From: Catajapyx aquilonaris
Lineage: Eukaryota
NCBI GenBank assembly: GCA_000934665.2
Contig: JYFJ02002695.1
Coordinates: 1 to 53,360 of the forward strand
DNA: 53,360 bases
Direction: 5' to 3'
Positions 26,453 to 40,991 of the stretch are shown one piece after another. Under the pieces are notes generated by a model. It was not told the DNA's origin, did not search any database, and was given only the letters and a program-made list of their open reading frames with translations. The position numbers and the translations under genes are program-made. Within the stretch, counting starts at the first letter, position 1. Each line of letters begins with the position of its first letter.

Positions 26453-29400
26453 GAAAGCTACTCCAAAAATCATGAAATGGCACGGGCATCGGATTTTAAA
26501 ATGACAAGAAGCTTCTTTTATACAATCATGATGTTTTAGATGATGTTACTTGACCACCCACCAACATAAATGTAGATTTTCAAATAACTGGTCACTGGTC
26601 AGTCTGGAGAACACATCATGTTTAAAATTTCATCTGCAATGTTTTAATATTATATACGTATTCAAATTTAAATAATCACGCTCTTTACAAAATCAAATTC
26701 AATCAATATTTTTTACGCGTGCTAACAAACTTCCCGGCTTTACGTATACTGATGCATGAACATGCAATAAATTATGTTCCAAATAGATTAAATAAACTAT
26801 GTTCCAAATTAAATATTGTTCAAAAATGTGGCGTACAATAAATAATTCCGTCAAAGGCCCCTCGTTAATATTACAGACTAATATTATTGAAATATAATGT
26901 CAACCTTTGGAGTGTGCACGTTGGTGTAGTGATTAAGCTACTACCTCACAGTCAGGTCTTGACTTCTGTCACCTGCGGTCTGGTGATGGTGGATTTCTCA
27001 TGCGAACAGAGTTTACGGTGGATTTCTCCATGGTTAGTTTTTTAAATGTTAGTCCTCTGGTTTCCATGTATTCTCCATGAATAACAAGAAAACAAATACG
27101 GTATCTTGAATTGGACAGGTAAAGATCCTCTCAGGATTCATAGGACGAAGGCACAAACCACAATATTAGTTACATTAATATCCATTAGAAAAATTTAAAA
27201 TGTGTCATATTAAAATACTATATGCAATTAAACCAGAACCAGCCAATGATATCAACTAACATTATAATCAGTAGCTATTATTTTGAGAACTAATCTCAAA
27301 TAGCCGGTAATTATGATAATGTTATTATGGAGACAAGTGCGATGGAGACCTACATATCACGCTTTACTGCCTCCCAAGGCTCCCAAGAGTACGATATCTA
27401 GAGCTTACGTCTGACAGGGGAAGTTGGTTTCAATTGTGATGAAATCCCATCGATAGATGCTGCTCCATGTGGTGAAAGGCAGAACTGAGACTACATGATC
27501 ATATTACACTATTCTCGAAAGCATTTGCGTCCCCGTTCCGTATCTCTCGCATTTTTCTTTTTTGCATGCCCAGCAGATATGATGATGCTAATGCGGGGAT
27601 AATGCACTGTCACATATGAGTATAGCAACTAAGATGACCCATACACTACCTGTTTTAAAAACGGTTTCCTGGCTACATGCGTAAAATAATATAAGGAGAG
27701 AAAATCATATTTAAAATACCAAATTATGGCCCTAGCCTACTCGTAATTCCTACACGTAATTATTTTGTAAGATATTTCGCATTTAGCTGCACATATTGGA
27801 CATCGCAAGCCTGTTGTTTGCTTTAGCTGTAGCCTACATCAGACTTAGTTGGATCAATCGCGAGTATAAAATATTTATGAAGGTCTATTAGGCTTTACTT
27901 TTTGCTAGTTGAGTCATTAAGTCCCCCTCTGGTCTATGGAATATAGATCCTTGGAGTAAATTGGCCAAGTTTTATGTGCTGAGGAACGAGAAGAGGCTGA
28001 CTACGCCACTGGATCCTTGAATCGTTCAAGGCTGCAGCCACTGATGCTAAGGCAGAAACTGCTGCACAAAAGTGTCATGGAAGACGTGCTTCTCCTGGAA
28101 ACCTTTATTAGGTCTCTAACAAAACTTCAGGATCCTAGCCAGAGCACGAAAGGAGTGGTGTTATCCTGAAGGAGCTCGATAGCTCGGGCCGAGTCCAATT
28201 TTGGGTCGGCTGAAATTGGAGCTTTTAACATTGATGAACTTTGTATATCGGAAACACACCGTCGGATGTCCGACAAAGCAGAAAATGAGGACACATTAAT
28301 TTAAGCTATTCTGCTACCTTCGTGCTTATTATTACATACACAAAAAAATCAAGCAGCGAGATCCAGAATGCTGTCACACCCTCGGGTAAACTATACATGC
28401 CCAATTCGACACTGTGCCTTCCCTAGGAAATATTCAAATAGCTGTACAGGTTGGTAGGAAAGATGCGCATTTCCTGTAGGACCTAGGATCCTTGAAATAT
28501 TTTAAGGCGAAATTACTCTGTTGTTTTCGGCTGCATTAAGGAGATAATCGCATGTTAAGGAACACACGTAATGTTTTCATCCCATAACCTCCGTTGCTTG
28601 GGTAGCTTGATGTACGCGATGACCCCCATTATGTACGATTATCTCCACGATGGACCCTAAATCTCCAAAATCACATAGGGTACCTTTGCCGCAGAATATC
28701 TCAAGGAACCGAGAGGAAGTGCGCAAATTTGGCACCATCCTGTATACAGTAAACTGAATGTTTGATTTTGTCACTCATATAGCACAGTGAAAATTAATAA
28801 TATTGTGGTTATAGAGCGTGGGACGGGAGTTGGGCTAATATGTCACCTAGCGAAACAAAAGACTTGATGTGGCCATAAATGTTGTTAATGATGGAAATTT
28901 TGTTGCGGATTATAAAGATGTGACAGCACAAATTGTGGGGGATGGGGGTTAATTTACTCACCTTTTTGGTGGACAAAAGGGTGCAATCGGATAATCGGGC
29001 GGGGGCTGGCGGTTGGTGGGAGAGACGCTTTGTGTTTTAATATTCATTTTGTATCATTGTAGGATGTTAGTAAATACCATGCTACTCTTGCAATACCCGC
29101 GGTGTTATATGCGGCCTAGCTTTTACTTGAATGTTCTTCGCATCAGTAGCCTTTTCCTGGAATTGTGGAAGCGGAGATTCAGCTTATTATACTGAAACGG
29201 GCAGAGTCCGCCAGGGTTTTGTTTGGTAGCCCAGGGCTACTGTTTCCTAGCGATAGAAAAGGTAAACAGGAGCCTGTTGTGCAATGTGATGTATAGTCCT
29301 AACAGTTGTGTCGTTGTACTTTTTGATTTCTACCTTCCATCTCCTGGTTCCCCCGTCCTTGCAAAATAGAGCCGCCACAATATGATTTAGGTCCTATAAT

Positions 29401-30260
29401 CCAATTTCATTATACTGTACACATATAACCGTATTCCACGATTTACTACCGTTTGGCCTTAACTTTTTTCAGAATTAATTTTCACAAAATTCAACATAGC
29501 CACATGATGGTGCATATCTTTAGCTACAGCCTTATACAAACCCAATGTCGATCGAAACACATTTTGAACTATAGTAGAAGATTTTGTAAGCTTATATCGA
29601 GCACTCTCGCCGTCAAATCCATTCCATCGTAGCTTGGCCACTCTCTATATTCTCGTGGCCTATATATGACAGATAGCCTTAGTTGCTTTGGCTCCCTCAA
29701 TCAACCAACCCTATTGGCTTTTCGCTGTTGTTATGGTTCAACCTATCTGTTGGCCTAGTGAAGGTTGAAAATCGCCCTTGATTCGAAAATGCTCCATTAC
29801 TTTTTCGTATTTGACGAGGCTTTACACTGCGAAGCAAGATACGGTGCACCTCCGAAGCCTGATGCTCAACAAGTATGTGCATCCAATAATGCATTCAACC
29901 CTGAATGGCTCTTTGGGGAGTGCGGGTGAAAGTTTACTGGCCCAAGGTTTTCGTTCTTCAGGCTCTTCATTCTTACAATCATGGCTTGATCAAATTAAAA
30001 CTATTTTGCATTAAAATTTTTGAAAATCGGCTGCTTGGGATGTCTTTCGAGAGGGACAACTGCAGAGGGACAACTGCAGAAACACAAGTCCACAACTGGA
30101 CTCTTGTGGTACTACTCATCATTTCAAGTCCTTTGTAGCTAGGGAAAGGGAGAGTCGGACAGCAGCTGTGTAAAGTGGATCTCCTTCAGACATTCACCAA
30201 GGAGGAGAATGGTGTTACAAAAACCCCCAAAAATGTGTTGGAGAATGTACGAACAGTATG

Positions 30261-30646
30261 CAGGGTGTTCACGAATTCATCTGCCAATATGATACGGATT
30301 AGGGGTGAGTATGGAAGAGTCATGGCATGGGTCCGAAAGGCCGGCGACGATCTGTCTTGGAGATGTCGACCTTTGACATCGACGATGTCTATCCTGACAG
30401 GTATGGATGCCCCCATACATGCCTGCAGCGCTGGTAGCCGGGGTCAGGCGCTCGCACTCCCAGACCATTGCTCAACGCTCAACAGGCTTGCCCAGTAACC
30501 AGTGATGCAGGCATGCACTGGGGCATCCATGCTTGTCAGGATAGTCATCGTCGACGTCGTCGACGGCCTTTCTGACCTACGCCATGCTTCTTCCAGAAGT
30601 GCCTCCTACCATCCGTATAATTTTGGCATATGAATTCGTGAACACC
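30261..30646. mobile_element. Tc1-type foldback MITE
   Basis: CAGGGTGTTCACGAATTCAT arm mirrored at 30630-30646; arms pair towards the centre near 30465. Confidence 0.75.
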
Positions 30647-31768
30647 ATATGGGTCATTCCATGTAAGAATCACCGAGCCACTTGACCCTTGGGTAGATCA
30701 TGACGTAAAACGGCGAATCGCTTTAATTACGTCCCCCAAGAACACCATTTGAGAGGTTTTGCAATTTACCCACTGTTTTCGGAGATACCCACAGAAAAAA
30801 ACGGACTTTTTGGAAGGTAGGGTTTTTTCACTCTTTCATATCTCGGGAACCAATTGAGCTACAGACGTCATAGACCACTTGATTTGAAGGTATTGGAGAG
30901 CCCAATATTTCTGAAAACTTACAAATACGAATTTGATTTTTTGACAATTTTGTTCCATTTTTAAAATTTCGATTTTAAAAAAATTGCCCCCCCCCCCCCC
31001 NCCCCCCCCAATTTAAAAATCCGATTTTTTGATATGTTATAAGTCAAACGCTTTTCTTGACGCAGAAAAAATATTGAAGGAAAGCATGTGCGCCCAAATA
31101 ACACCAGGCACCAAATCTCATGTCGTTCATGTTGGAAGCAGAATTGGAAACAAGTTGGTAGCAAGCCTTCTTAGACTCATTCGACCCCGCTGATTTCGAA
31201 AATCGAGGTTAGAACTTTGGATTCTTGTGACCCAAAAACAAGATGGTGTCCAAGGTTACTGCATTTCCCAGGATTACAAGATATTCGCGATTTTTACCCT
31301 AAATGTGGCAAGTGAGGTGTGGTTTTAAGAGTTTTCTGTGTCTCTAAGGTCAACCACGAGTGACTCACCGGAAGTATAGAAAATTTGAAGTGGTGGGTAG
31401 TTTTACGGTCTTGAAAGGTCTCGTTTATTATACACACATAAGATAGTTACAGAATACGTTGTGATGGTTATATTATATTACAATATGACAAATACGTAGT
31501 CTTTGATTCTATCCATCATTCAGTACTTTGGCATCTCAAGCAATGTGTGCTTGTATATCCTTGGTGCCTGTGTCTTTTGTATTTGGGTTACATTACTCAT
31601 AATTATGGGTGTATGTCACAGAACTTCATTATAACTGCATGTTTGTCATAATATAATGTAACATAGACCTCAAACTAGTAGTGATGTAAATTCCAGGTGT
31701 CACAGTTGCATTCGATTGGCCTGATAGCGGCGCATCTGTCGGACGGCGACCTTCATCCTTCTTAAATA

Positions 31769-32013
31769 ATAATAATAATGGATACCCCGTGATAGGCCCC
31801 TTGGGCCTCTTAGGGGATCATCTTTTGAATAACCGATTTTAATCATTTGCCTGTAATGTGATGTATTTTGATAGTGGGAGGAAACGGGAGAACCCCGAGA
31901 AAACCCACGCGAACACGGATCCACATAAGTATCCTCCGTCCGACCCGGTGATCGAACTCGGGACCTTAGAGGTGGATGGCTGCGGCGCTAACCACTCGGC
32001 CACCGTGTCGCCC
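31769..32013 (-). mobile_element. SINE family C copy
   Basis: Clear A box TGGCCGAGTGG and B box GAGTTCGATCAC; 16-bp TSD TCATCCTTCTTAAATA. Confidence 0.88.
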
Positions 32014-32969
32014 TATCATCCTTCTTAAATATTCTACTCCACTCGTAGTATAGACGAGTAACTGCAGATTACACGACAGATTCGTGTAGTACTGTACCCA
32101 CAATCGTCGATACATTCCGGTGGGTTTTGTCTGTTGTATGCCCAAAACCGAACAGTTCTCTTCTCATTGGTGCACAACAGAGGGGGTGCCGCCACCTGTG
32201 CAAGTGTGCATGGATACTGTACTGTACGACTCACACTTCACCTATCGGCAACCATTCTGAACTTATGAGTTACCATGAGTCCGCAACTATCCATCTCAAA
32301 CAGCATCTTACTTGTTTCACCTTTCACGTTTTCATTTGATCCAACCTCGTTGCACAGTAGAGCCCTACTGGCCAGTTACTTTCATATATTGATTTTAATG
32401 ATGGGCACCATTCACTTCCAAATGGCGCCAGTCATTAGCAAATTCATTAATAATTCTATAGCGCATTCTACTGTAAGCAGTGGATGGGTCGAAGGTAGAC
32501 TATTAAAATTAAGCGATTTGCAATAATTTGACTACATCTACCTACATGAATCAGCGATCATCTTCGTCGCTGACGATTGTAACATTGGCCGACGGTGGGC
32601 CGACGTCATCAACAAAAGGGAAGAGTGTTTCCTAGATAGCTGCAGCAGCTGCATAAGACCTCCTGTAAACAGGCCTTGATGTGAATAGTACCAATCTCCG
32701 TGATTAAACTTTTTTTTTTGCTCTTTTGACCAATAACGGCAATAGTAGGCTATATTTTAGCATCTCGTATGCGGCTGCAGCCTGAGGAGATGGGCACGTA
32801 TTATGTGAGGCGAAAAAAGGGAACAAAAGACTGGAGGGTGGGGGCCCAGCAGGTGGTTTGTCCAGGGGCCTACAGTGCCTCTCTCCGGCCCTCGGGCGGG
32901 AGGATGTCCAGCTGGCAGCTGCAGTTGGAAATAGCAGTTGCAGAAATAGCTGCCTTATGGCTTATGATG

Positions 32970-33740
32970 AAATTGAAAGTTAGACATGTGCTTTGAAATT
33001 ATTTTATGCTCGTATAACGTCTGTAGTAACCTATAACTCTAACCTTTGGGCTCAGACTCACCTATACTCAATTTGTGAAGCTGCATACTTATTTCAACAC
33101 AATTTCTCTCACTATACCAAGAAGTGGTGCAGGTTATTTTACAAGGCTGGAAATGGGCAGACGCTCCATTTCCTTGAAAGTAGCAAAACAACTACTAAAA
33201 TCTTTGATCAAAATCGAAACGCTGTCACCGGACTCACTTACAAGAAAGTGTTACAAATATTTAATGAACTATATGAGTTCTCAACGCCTTTGAAGAGCTG
33301 TGGTCATGACCGGTTGAACAATTAAACTTAATGGGAATATCTTGGCAATATCAGCTAACGAACAAACAGGGTTTCTCATTCGCATAGCTGATTTCCACCT
33401 ACAGTATATATATTGATGTTTCGATACAATAATATTTTTCCGAACTGGCCAAACCTCTTAGATGTTACAATATATTATGCTCGGGTAAAAGAATCACTAC
33501 ATCTAGTGCTAATTTATATGTTACTGTACCTTCATCCTTCACGTGCAGATAATAAGGATGGGGGTTCATCTTCGCAATCCGTCTCACAATACCTCATTAT
33601 TCAAAATGACACATTCCACATGAACCCTGATGCATATGCCCTGATGAATATTGCTCTCTGTGCAATCCCTCACCCCAATTTGATTTGCATCACGTGCCTT
33701 TCAGCTGTCCCTTTCTCTCCCAACCTAGCAAACAGAACTG
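32970..33740 (+). pseudogene. Decayed LINE ORF2 C-terminal fragment (RTE-X-like)
   Basis: KLFYARITSVVTYNSNLW...RLEMGRRSI...LTRKCYKYL post-RT region; CSLCNPSPQFDLHHVPFSCP (C-x2-C-x9-H-x4-C) at 33652-33708. Confidence 0.6.
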
Positions 33741-34216
33741 GCCGTATAGGTACAGTATAGACTAACCTGACGAGGTTTACTGACGAGGGTATATCCTCTT
33801 TCCAGTGATTTAACCTGTACTCCTTCTCTGTTAGCGCAGTTAAGCTTTTATTTGCGGTTATAATCCTCTAACACGTGCTGCACTCTGCGATATCTACTGA
33901 ATAACCTTTTGTGTTTGCACCTCTCCTGTTGGTCTCTTCTGCTCCTCTAAGGTCAATTGATTTCCTTTCATATTCCCTGAAAACTAAAGACTACGACCAA
34001 TATGATTGTGTACCAAGTGTCACCAGTTTTTGTCAGGATGACCAATGTTCAACATTAATAACTGACAACTGCAGTGTTTTGGATTACTATATAGCCTATT
34101 ATGAACTGTCCTTCCTATTTGATTCGCAGTAGCCCTATTATTTCCTTACATTATTATAATTATTTACTTTCTATTGTAGGCTATATCGCAGAGTTTCCAA
34201 ATACTGTACACTCGTA

Positions 34217-34319
34217 CAGTGAAACCTGTGAAGTTGGCCACCCTAATATGATGGACACCTCCCTATGTTGGACAATTTTCCCTGGAACCATAATTATCCA
34301 ACATAGACAGGTTTCACTG
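34217..34319. mobile_element. Tiny pogo/Tigger-type MITE
   Basis: TIR CAGTGAAACCTGT with TA on both sides. Confidence 0.75.
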
Positions 34320-34466
34320 TATTAAAGTTGCGTCCCATGTATACCGGTATATAAAGGACGCAAGAGAATATCAGGATAAGTCAATGCCAGTATTGAAATA
34401 TATTAATGGGTGTAACCATATTAGCTCTTGGTGTAACGGAAATAATTACTTTACAATGGGCCTATC

Positions 34467-35203
34467 TACTGGACCACGAAGTAAGGGGCACATGTTTGAT
34501 GAGCAATGTGTCAATGTCAATAAGAAAATTTAACGAAAGCAAACTACTATAGAAAACATGATTGTAGTCTATATACAGTACATTGCGGAAAACGAAACGG
34601 CGATCTGAACGCCATCAAGGTTTCCATATATGGACATACCCTCACAAAACAATATGAGTAAACAGTAGCAACAAAAAACAACAATGTAAGAAACGATGAC
34701 GTCAGATCGTCGTTTGGTTTTCCGCACTTTAGAGTCAGGAAAACATAGTGTACACCGATTTTCCAACTTGGGTCAACTTGGGCACCATTCAAGTAGATGC
34801 AAGATTGAAGTCTTATACTTTGAGAAATTGGCCATAGCTGACTTTTTCCTTTGCGGATATTTAAAACAATCAAGTGCACAAGTACAAGCATGCCAAATCA
34901 TTCAAAACATGATGTGATTCATCTTCGTCAAGTTATTATTGAGTTTAATTCCATTCCTGTGGTGATCAGCATAATAGCATGAGAGAAGGGCAAAATAAGA
35001 TTTCAAGCTTGCATCTATACTTGAATGGTGCCCAAGTTGACCTAAGTTGACCCAGGTTGGAAATTCGCTATTATGCATTATGCATTATGTTTCCCTGACT
35101 CTATACATGTTTTCTTGTACCGTAGTTTTATTTGCTTTCATTAAATTTCCTTATTGATTTATTGCTCATCAAACATGTGCCCCTTATACTTCGTGGACAC
35201 CCT
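34467..35203. mobile_element. Tc1-derived deleted element
   Basis: Outer arms CCACGAAGTA..GGGGCACATGTTTGATGAGCAAT and inner arms 34730-34815 / 34997-35103 flank a DFFLCGYLK transposase remnant. Confidence 0.7.
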
Positions 35204-38200
35204 GTATATTTAGGGGTATACACTGTGGTGACCAGCCCAGGATTCAAATATCAACCCAATCCGGGCAACTTAGCTTGGTCTGGCCATTTTCCGCCCTTCT
35301 CCCGACGCGACTTGTCCAGGCCTGTTCCCACTCCATTTTCCAGCCAGGGCGAAAAAAAAGGGGTCAGGCATATATTGCTAGGTGGTCCGGATCTGCTCGT
35401 TAACTACACGAGTGTCTCCCTTGGGTATCTTCTTCCCTCACACTTTCAGCAACCTTATAATAATCATAGATTATCTTCAGTTAACGAGCTACAACTGACT
35501 CTGTAATTAAGAAATATTATACAGTATTTTTCTGTTAATTCGTTTATGTGTGTATTAATTATAAAACCGTATTTATCCATTAAATCGATAGTGTTGGCAG
35601 AAGTGATATCGTGTGGTGGTTTGGCGCGGGGGGAGAAAGAGCGAATGGTAGGATTCCTTTTCAGTTGGGTCACCGTTAAAAATGTTGGGAAGGGATGTGG
35701 TAGGGCAACTTTCATCTGCTTCCATTAAAGTTTCTCGAACACTGCGAGCATTGCTTTACAAGCTGGTATGCTATGACTCCCCTACTTCAATATACGTATT
35801 TTGTACACTGGCATTCCCTATACTAAGTGGAAAAATTCTCGCGGATTAAACCTGTCACCCTGTGAGCTTCATCATACATGTGCCACACATACAATCATGC
35901 CATGGAGCCTGGTTGCCACAACTGCCCAATGATGGGCTTCGTGTATAACTGAACTCCTTAGGTTTGAGAAATTTTGTACTAATATGATCTTCGTTTTATT
36001 TCAACATTTATGATCAGTAAGATGAATAAGAAAACTTGATGTTTGCACTATACCATCCTCAAAAAGGATCAAAAAGGTAATGACCAGCATTTACATTTTC
36101 TGGCATAGATGCATGTAGCTTTGACTTCTTCTACATCACTGCATAAAATCTTTATGATTTTAATACAAAAATATTACAACTAAAAGAAGGGTCTGCATTT
36201 CCTCCTACAGTAGTCACCTCATGCACGAGAAGGACAAAAACAAACATACCCTCCGATGCTATCTTCACCTTATCGTTGTGGTAGGGTTTGAGTTTTTCCG
36301 GTGACCCCAAGAGCTATTCCGGCAGTAGCTGCGTCTTACTGGTAGCACAGTCGGACAGGTCTTTGGGATAGGAGACAGACTAAGAGAGATGACAGTCTTT
36401 CCTCTCTTCTTGTTTCCTCTTCGTTTCTCTCGTCATCTGTCCCACCTTTGCTTCTTCTTATATATAGCCAGATAGCCATAACTTAGTTGCTTTTGTTTCT
36501 TCCAAATAAACCATACCAAACCAAACAAACACATATACTAGTAGAGTAGATTGGGATTAACAGGACCAAGCGTCTCATAATTATGTCGTTGCATAATCTG
36601 TGAGTTACCATGTGATTTTCATTATACTCATACATACTGTAGCCTACATAAACATAAGATACTACATAATCGTAGTCTATTCCCTATATAGCATGTGAAA
36701 TATGAGGTATAACAATAGTTATATTACAGCATTATTGAACAGTCTATTGGGTTCTCGATTTGGGTATGCTCAGACTTCTTGCGTATTTATGATTTTTTTA
36801 GTACGTTTGTTATTGTTTTTGTATTTTTTGACCTTTTCTGTCTCCATTTTGTGCGTGATTTTTTGGAATGGTCACGTGTGGGCAGAGACTTCAGGCCTTT
36901 ACTCGCCTGCCGTATATGTAACTTTTGCGGCTGATGTTGGAAGTGTGCTGCCTGTTGCTCCTCAGCTCCTGGTGCCTTGTTTCTCCGGTTTCGGCTAGGA
37001 TGCGGTGGGGGTGCCTTCCGTGTCCGGGCTATCTTGACCGATGACTTCGGTGGTCAATGGGGGTGCCCACCGACTCTTCCGGATTGCTTTTGGCTGCATT
37101 TGGAATGACCACTTTGGGAAGTGTGTCACTTCGACGAAGATGTTTGGAGTCAGTGTATGGTGATTTGTTTCATTTGAAATCTATATGCATGGTTTTGAAG
37201 GTGTGATTTAGAGATTGACTTTTTAAAGTGGAACTTTTCTTTTTTGGACTTTCTTTTTGTAATTATTTTTCAACCATGATTTTTTGTTTGTTTATGGTTT
37301 GTAGTTTTATGATTGGGTCCCTCCGGGTCCCAACTTTTTTTTTGTGAAGGGGAGATTGTGACGTCCTCCACTACATAGAGAGGGTGTCTTTTGGTGGACC
37401 TGGGGGGAGGCATGGGTTTGTGTATGCAGTGATTGCAGTCGTAAGGTAGCCATGAGCGAGGCTATAGGTCTAATAAATAGGTTATTGACAACCTGTGCAT
37501 TATTGGACCATGACTACGACCTTGAGTGACTCTGTGGACTGTGGAACCGGGAGGGATGACCTAGGCAGGTCAGACCTTATAAAGAAGGAAAGAAAGACAT
37601 AACGTTTCCAATAAATCGGCTTCCATTTTTAAAATTGATGTTTTGCTTTCACATTCCCAGTGCTTTTTATGATGAGTCCTAGCTTTTCGTAAGGGAGGAT
37701 AATCTGGAAATAATTCACTAACAAAATTGGCGCATTAAACCCATGCTCCTATCCCCTGCCTCCACTACATCCATAGCCATGAAATTATCAAAGTATTACT
37801 TTTAATATGTGTCCTTTTTCGTGACCTCCATTAAACGGACTTATAACTTGAAACATTCATGTTAATTGCTCATATGTGGAACCGCACGCATATGGGTCAA
37901 GAAATATGCTTTCCATTCGACTTAATATGACAATAAGTTTGCCTTTTTTGATCCATAACCGTTAGGAAGCAATTGCGGAATAAAAATATATTATCGTCAA
38001 GAGTGAGAGCTACAGTAATAAACCCTTTCTATTGGTGACACCGCGTATTTTTGATACCATAACATGCGCTTAGTAAGAGCAATAACTTGGCGGAAGATTA
38101 TTTCAAGCGCAGTAATTCTGTTACTACAGACGACCAGCGCAGTGATTAAATTAAGCCCTGATGACCTCAGCACTGAAAGTATACACATTGGTCTATGTGT

Positions 38201-40783
38201 CTATCCTGCCACTGCAGGTGGGGTGCACGTGGAGGTAAGTCTTTATCATCAGCGACAAGCACTTCTCAACTTGGCCCATTTGTAAGTCCTCTCCTCCCAT
38301 CAAGACGGGAACAAATCCGATATTGAGGCTGGATTCTGCTTTTTGTAATCAAATCCATACAGAATACTCCATAACTTTTTCACCAAATTTTTTAAAGTAT
38401 AATTTTTCATAGAGTTATAAATATAGCTCTCTTTCGCAAATATTTTCTATGCCTTAAAGGTTTCCCTTACATGCGAGAGAAAAACACTGAGAAACTTCAG
38501 CAGGAATATTGAAAAAGTTCCATAATGAGCATCTGCAGCCAAGATCCGTTACAAAAAGGTTTCATTGAATAAAAACTCTAATACTTGTAAGGTAATGCAT
38601 TTTTCTTGAGGCTGTAACTTGCAACCTCTTTTATGATTGCTTATAGCAGTAACTTCAGCCAACACATCCACTGCAAAAATGGGTAGATGCTGCTTCATAC
38701 ACATATAGTGTAGTATTCTCTTATTGTATAATATAACAGGGAGTAGCAGCCCTTCCGTTTTTTCCTCATTACTTGCGCAATAATTAGCGTGTTCAAAGAG
38801 ATTTTGTGACCAAAAATACAGTAAAATGTCCATGGAAATATGCCTCCTCATCAGCCTAGAGCAATCGCAGTTTTTTCTCCCTTTTTTTCGAGCCAAGTAT
38901 GAAAAGTGAAAACAAGTGCAGCAGTGGCGGTGCAAACGCCAGAGGAGTTTCTCCCAAAGTTTCATCAAGGGAAAAGTCTGGCGAGGCTGCAGGTAGGATT
39001 TCCACAATTCAGGAGGACCAAATGGAAGAAGATGGGGCCAATTCCCTAAGGCTGCTGCACTCGCAAAACTTGAGAGAGCGCACCCCCCACCTCCTCCCAT
39101 TTGCTCCCCCCCACCACCGCCACCACCACCGTTTTTCTGCAGACTTGGCGGCAACAATCGGCGTCTTTTCTCCACCATAATTCCGCCCCAATTTCCTCTC
39201 CAAATGCGAATTTCCTCCCACCTATAATGAAACCCCAGGCCTGTCCCACACGGTTGCCGGGGACTCAGGGGCAAAATGCTCTAGGCTGACTATTCTAGTG
39301 CAGAAAGGCACACTGTGCAGTGTGACCAGCTTTACCGCCCTGGGAGAGGGGAAGGGGTGTCAGCTGAGGCTGAGTGCGAAAAATCGATCTTCTTCACCGG
39401 GGGAAGGTGGGGTGGTTGGGATGGGGAACAGAAGTGAGTCATCCGGACCGAGGAGGCAACGTCGCTTTAGGCCCCCGCTCCCCTGCCTCACCCCGATTGT
39501 TGCGAGCGAGCGAGTGTTGCCATGGTGAGCCTCCTCCCCCATTGAACCTGTACCGATCGATGGCTTATTCATCGCTTTTTTCACCCCCCCTCCCCCCCTG
39601 GTTTTCAAGCCCGGGGGGGGGGGGGGNTGGAGGGGGGGGGGGTGATGACGAAAATTAAGACAGATGCGACCCATATCCGCGCCTAATGATGAACCTGCAC
39701 TGTATTGCAAAAGCTGAGGCTGCTCAAAAGGAGCTTGGCAGTTTTGTCCAAGTTTGGCGTCGTAATTATGCAAAAACCTTGGACCGTGTGAAAACCTGGC
39801 CTTGCAGGTTGAAAATAACTCGCGGTTTTGGTGGGTGGATGGGTACGCGCATGTGTCCTGGTGGCTGATGCCTGGGGATGCTACATACAGCTTTTCACGT
39901 GGAAAATCTGGGCCGGTCCTTGAGTATGGCAACAACTGGGTATAGAACTGACCGCTGGACAAGGAGAGCTTGAAATATCGAGCCCATCTGAGTCAATCTC
40001 TTCATCTCTGCACTTGACCAAAGCTGGAGATGGGAACAGGTGCTTTTTCTTTCAACACTATATTCAGCCGTATTGATCCCGTTTACATTGGAAATCTCCG
40101 GCTGAGAAGTTATTTCAGCTAGAATTGTGCAATGCAACCTAATATTCGGGCACACACACAAAAAAAATACGCGCTAAATCATCTTCCTCATCTAGAGCCA
40201 TGATTCGCTTGTTCAAAGCAGACGCTCCGAGAAAAAGCAATTCCGCAACTGTGGAGGCAGAGTTACATTACAAATGGAGCGCGAGTCATAATTGAACTAA
40301 CTTGTTGCAATCTGGCACTTTTTCATAACTCTTTCTTGGATCAGAACTTCTGGTAGTGTATCAACTAGGCTGGTGAAGTAACAATGGATGTGGTAAAGTG
40401 CATTTTCTGTAGTCTGACGTCGATGTTGAGTGCTTTGGGAGATGGTGATCGCCAAAGTCGTATGGGGAGAATTGAGAGATGAGGAGGGGAGTACAGGGAG
40501 GGTGGATTGACGAAAGAAAAAAAAAGGGCAAATCATGAGTAATAGCCAATGTGGCAACAGGGGGTCACTCTTGGGGCTCCCCTTATCGGCGGGGCCGCGG
40601 GTATGAGTCAGCCCCTGGGTTGGGAGCAACCCCCAAGCGAGTCGTGGAGAGTTGGGTTAGTCAGCTGGCAGCACTACACAAGACAAGCCAAAGGACACCC
40701 ACTTCTTGGGTTGTACAGTTCGGTAGTTAGAGGTGTATATATTTGAGTGTGAAGTGGCGGTGCGTGTGGTACATGTGGTGGAG

Positions 40784-40991
40784 ATGATGGCTGCAGGTGG
40801 AGGGCGGCCGCTGGAGCAAGATGAAGAAGATGGCCCGGTGGTCGATGGAACGATGGGTGGGGCACTCAAACTCTTCGTCGGTCAGATCCCCCGACACTTG
40901 GAAGAGAGGGACCTCCGGCCACTGTTCGAGCCCTTCGGAAGGATACTCGAACTCACAGTGCTCAAGGACCGGCTTACGGGCATGCACAAAG
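40784..40991 (+). CDS. bru3: CELF/bru3 coding exon 1 (RRM1 RNP2 half)
   Basis: First in-frame ATG at 40784; AAAG|GTCAGG donor. The exact start is uncertain. Confidence 0.88.

Noticed and set aside
38549..39962. Long minus-strand ORFs of 241 and 200 aa, and overlapping ORFs at 51955-53313
   Set aside because: Low-complexity GC-rich frames with no recognisable domain; only 53210-53292 is supported as coding.
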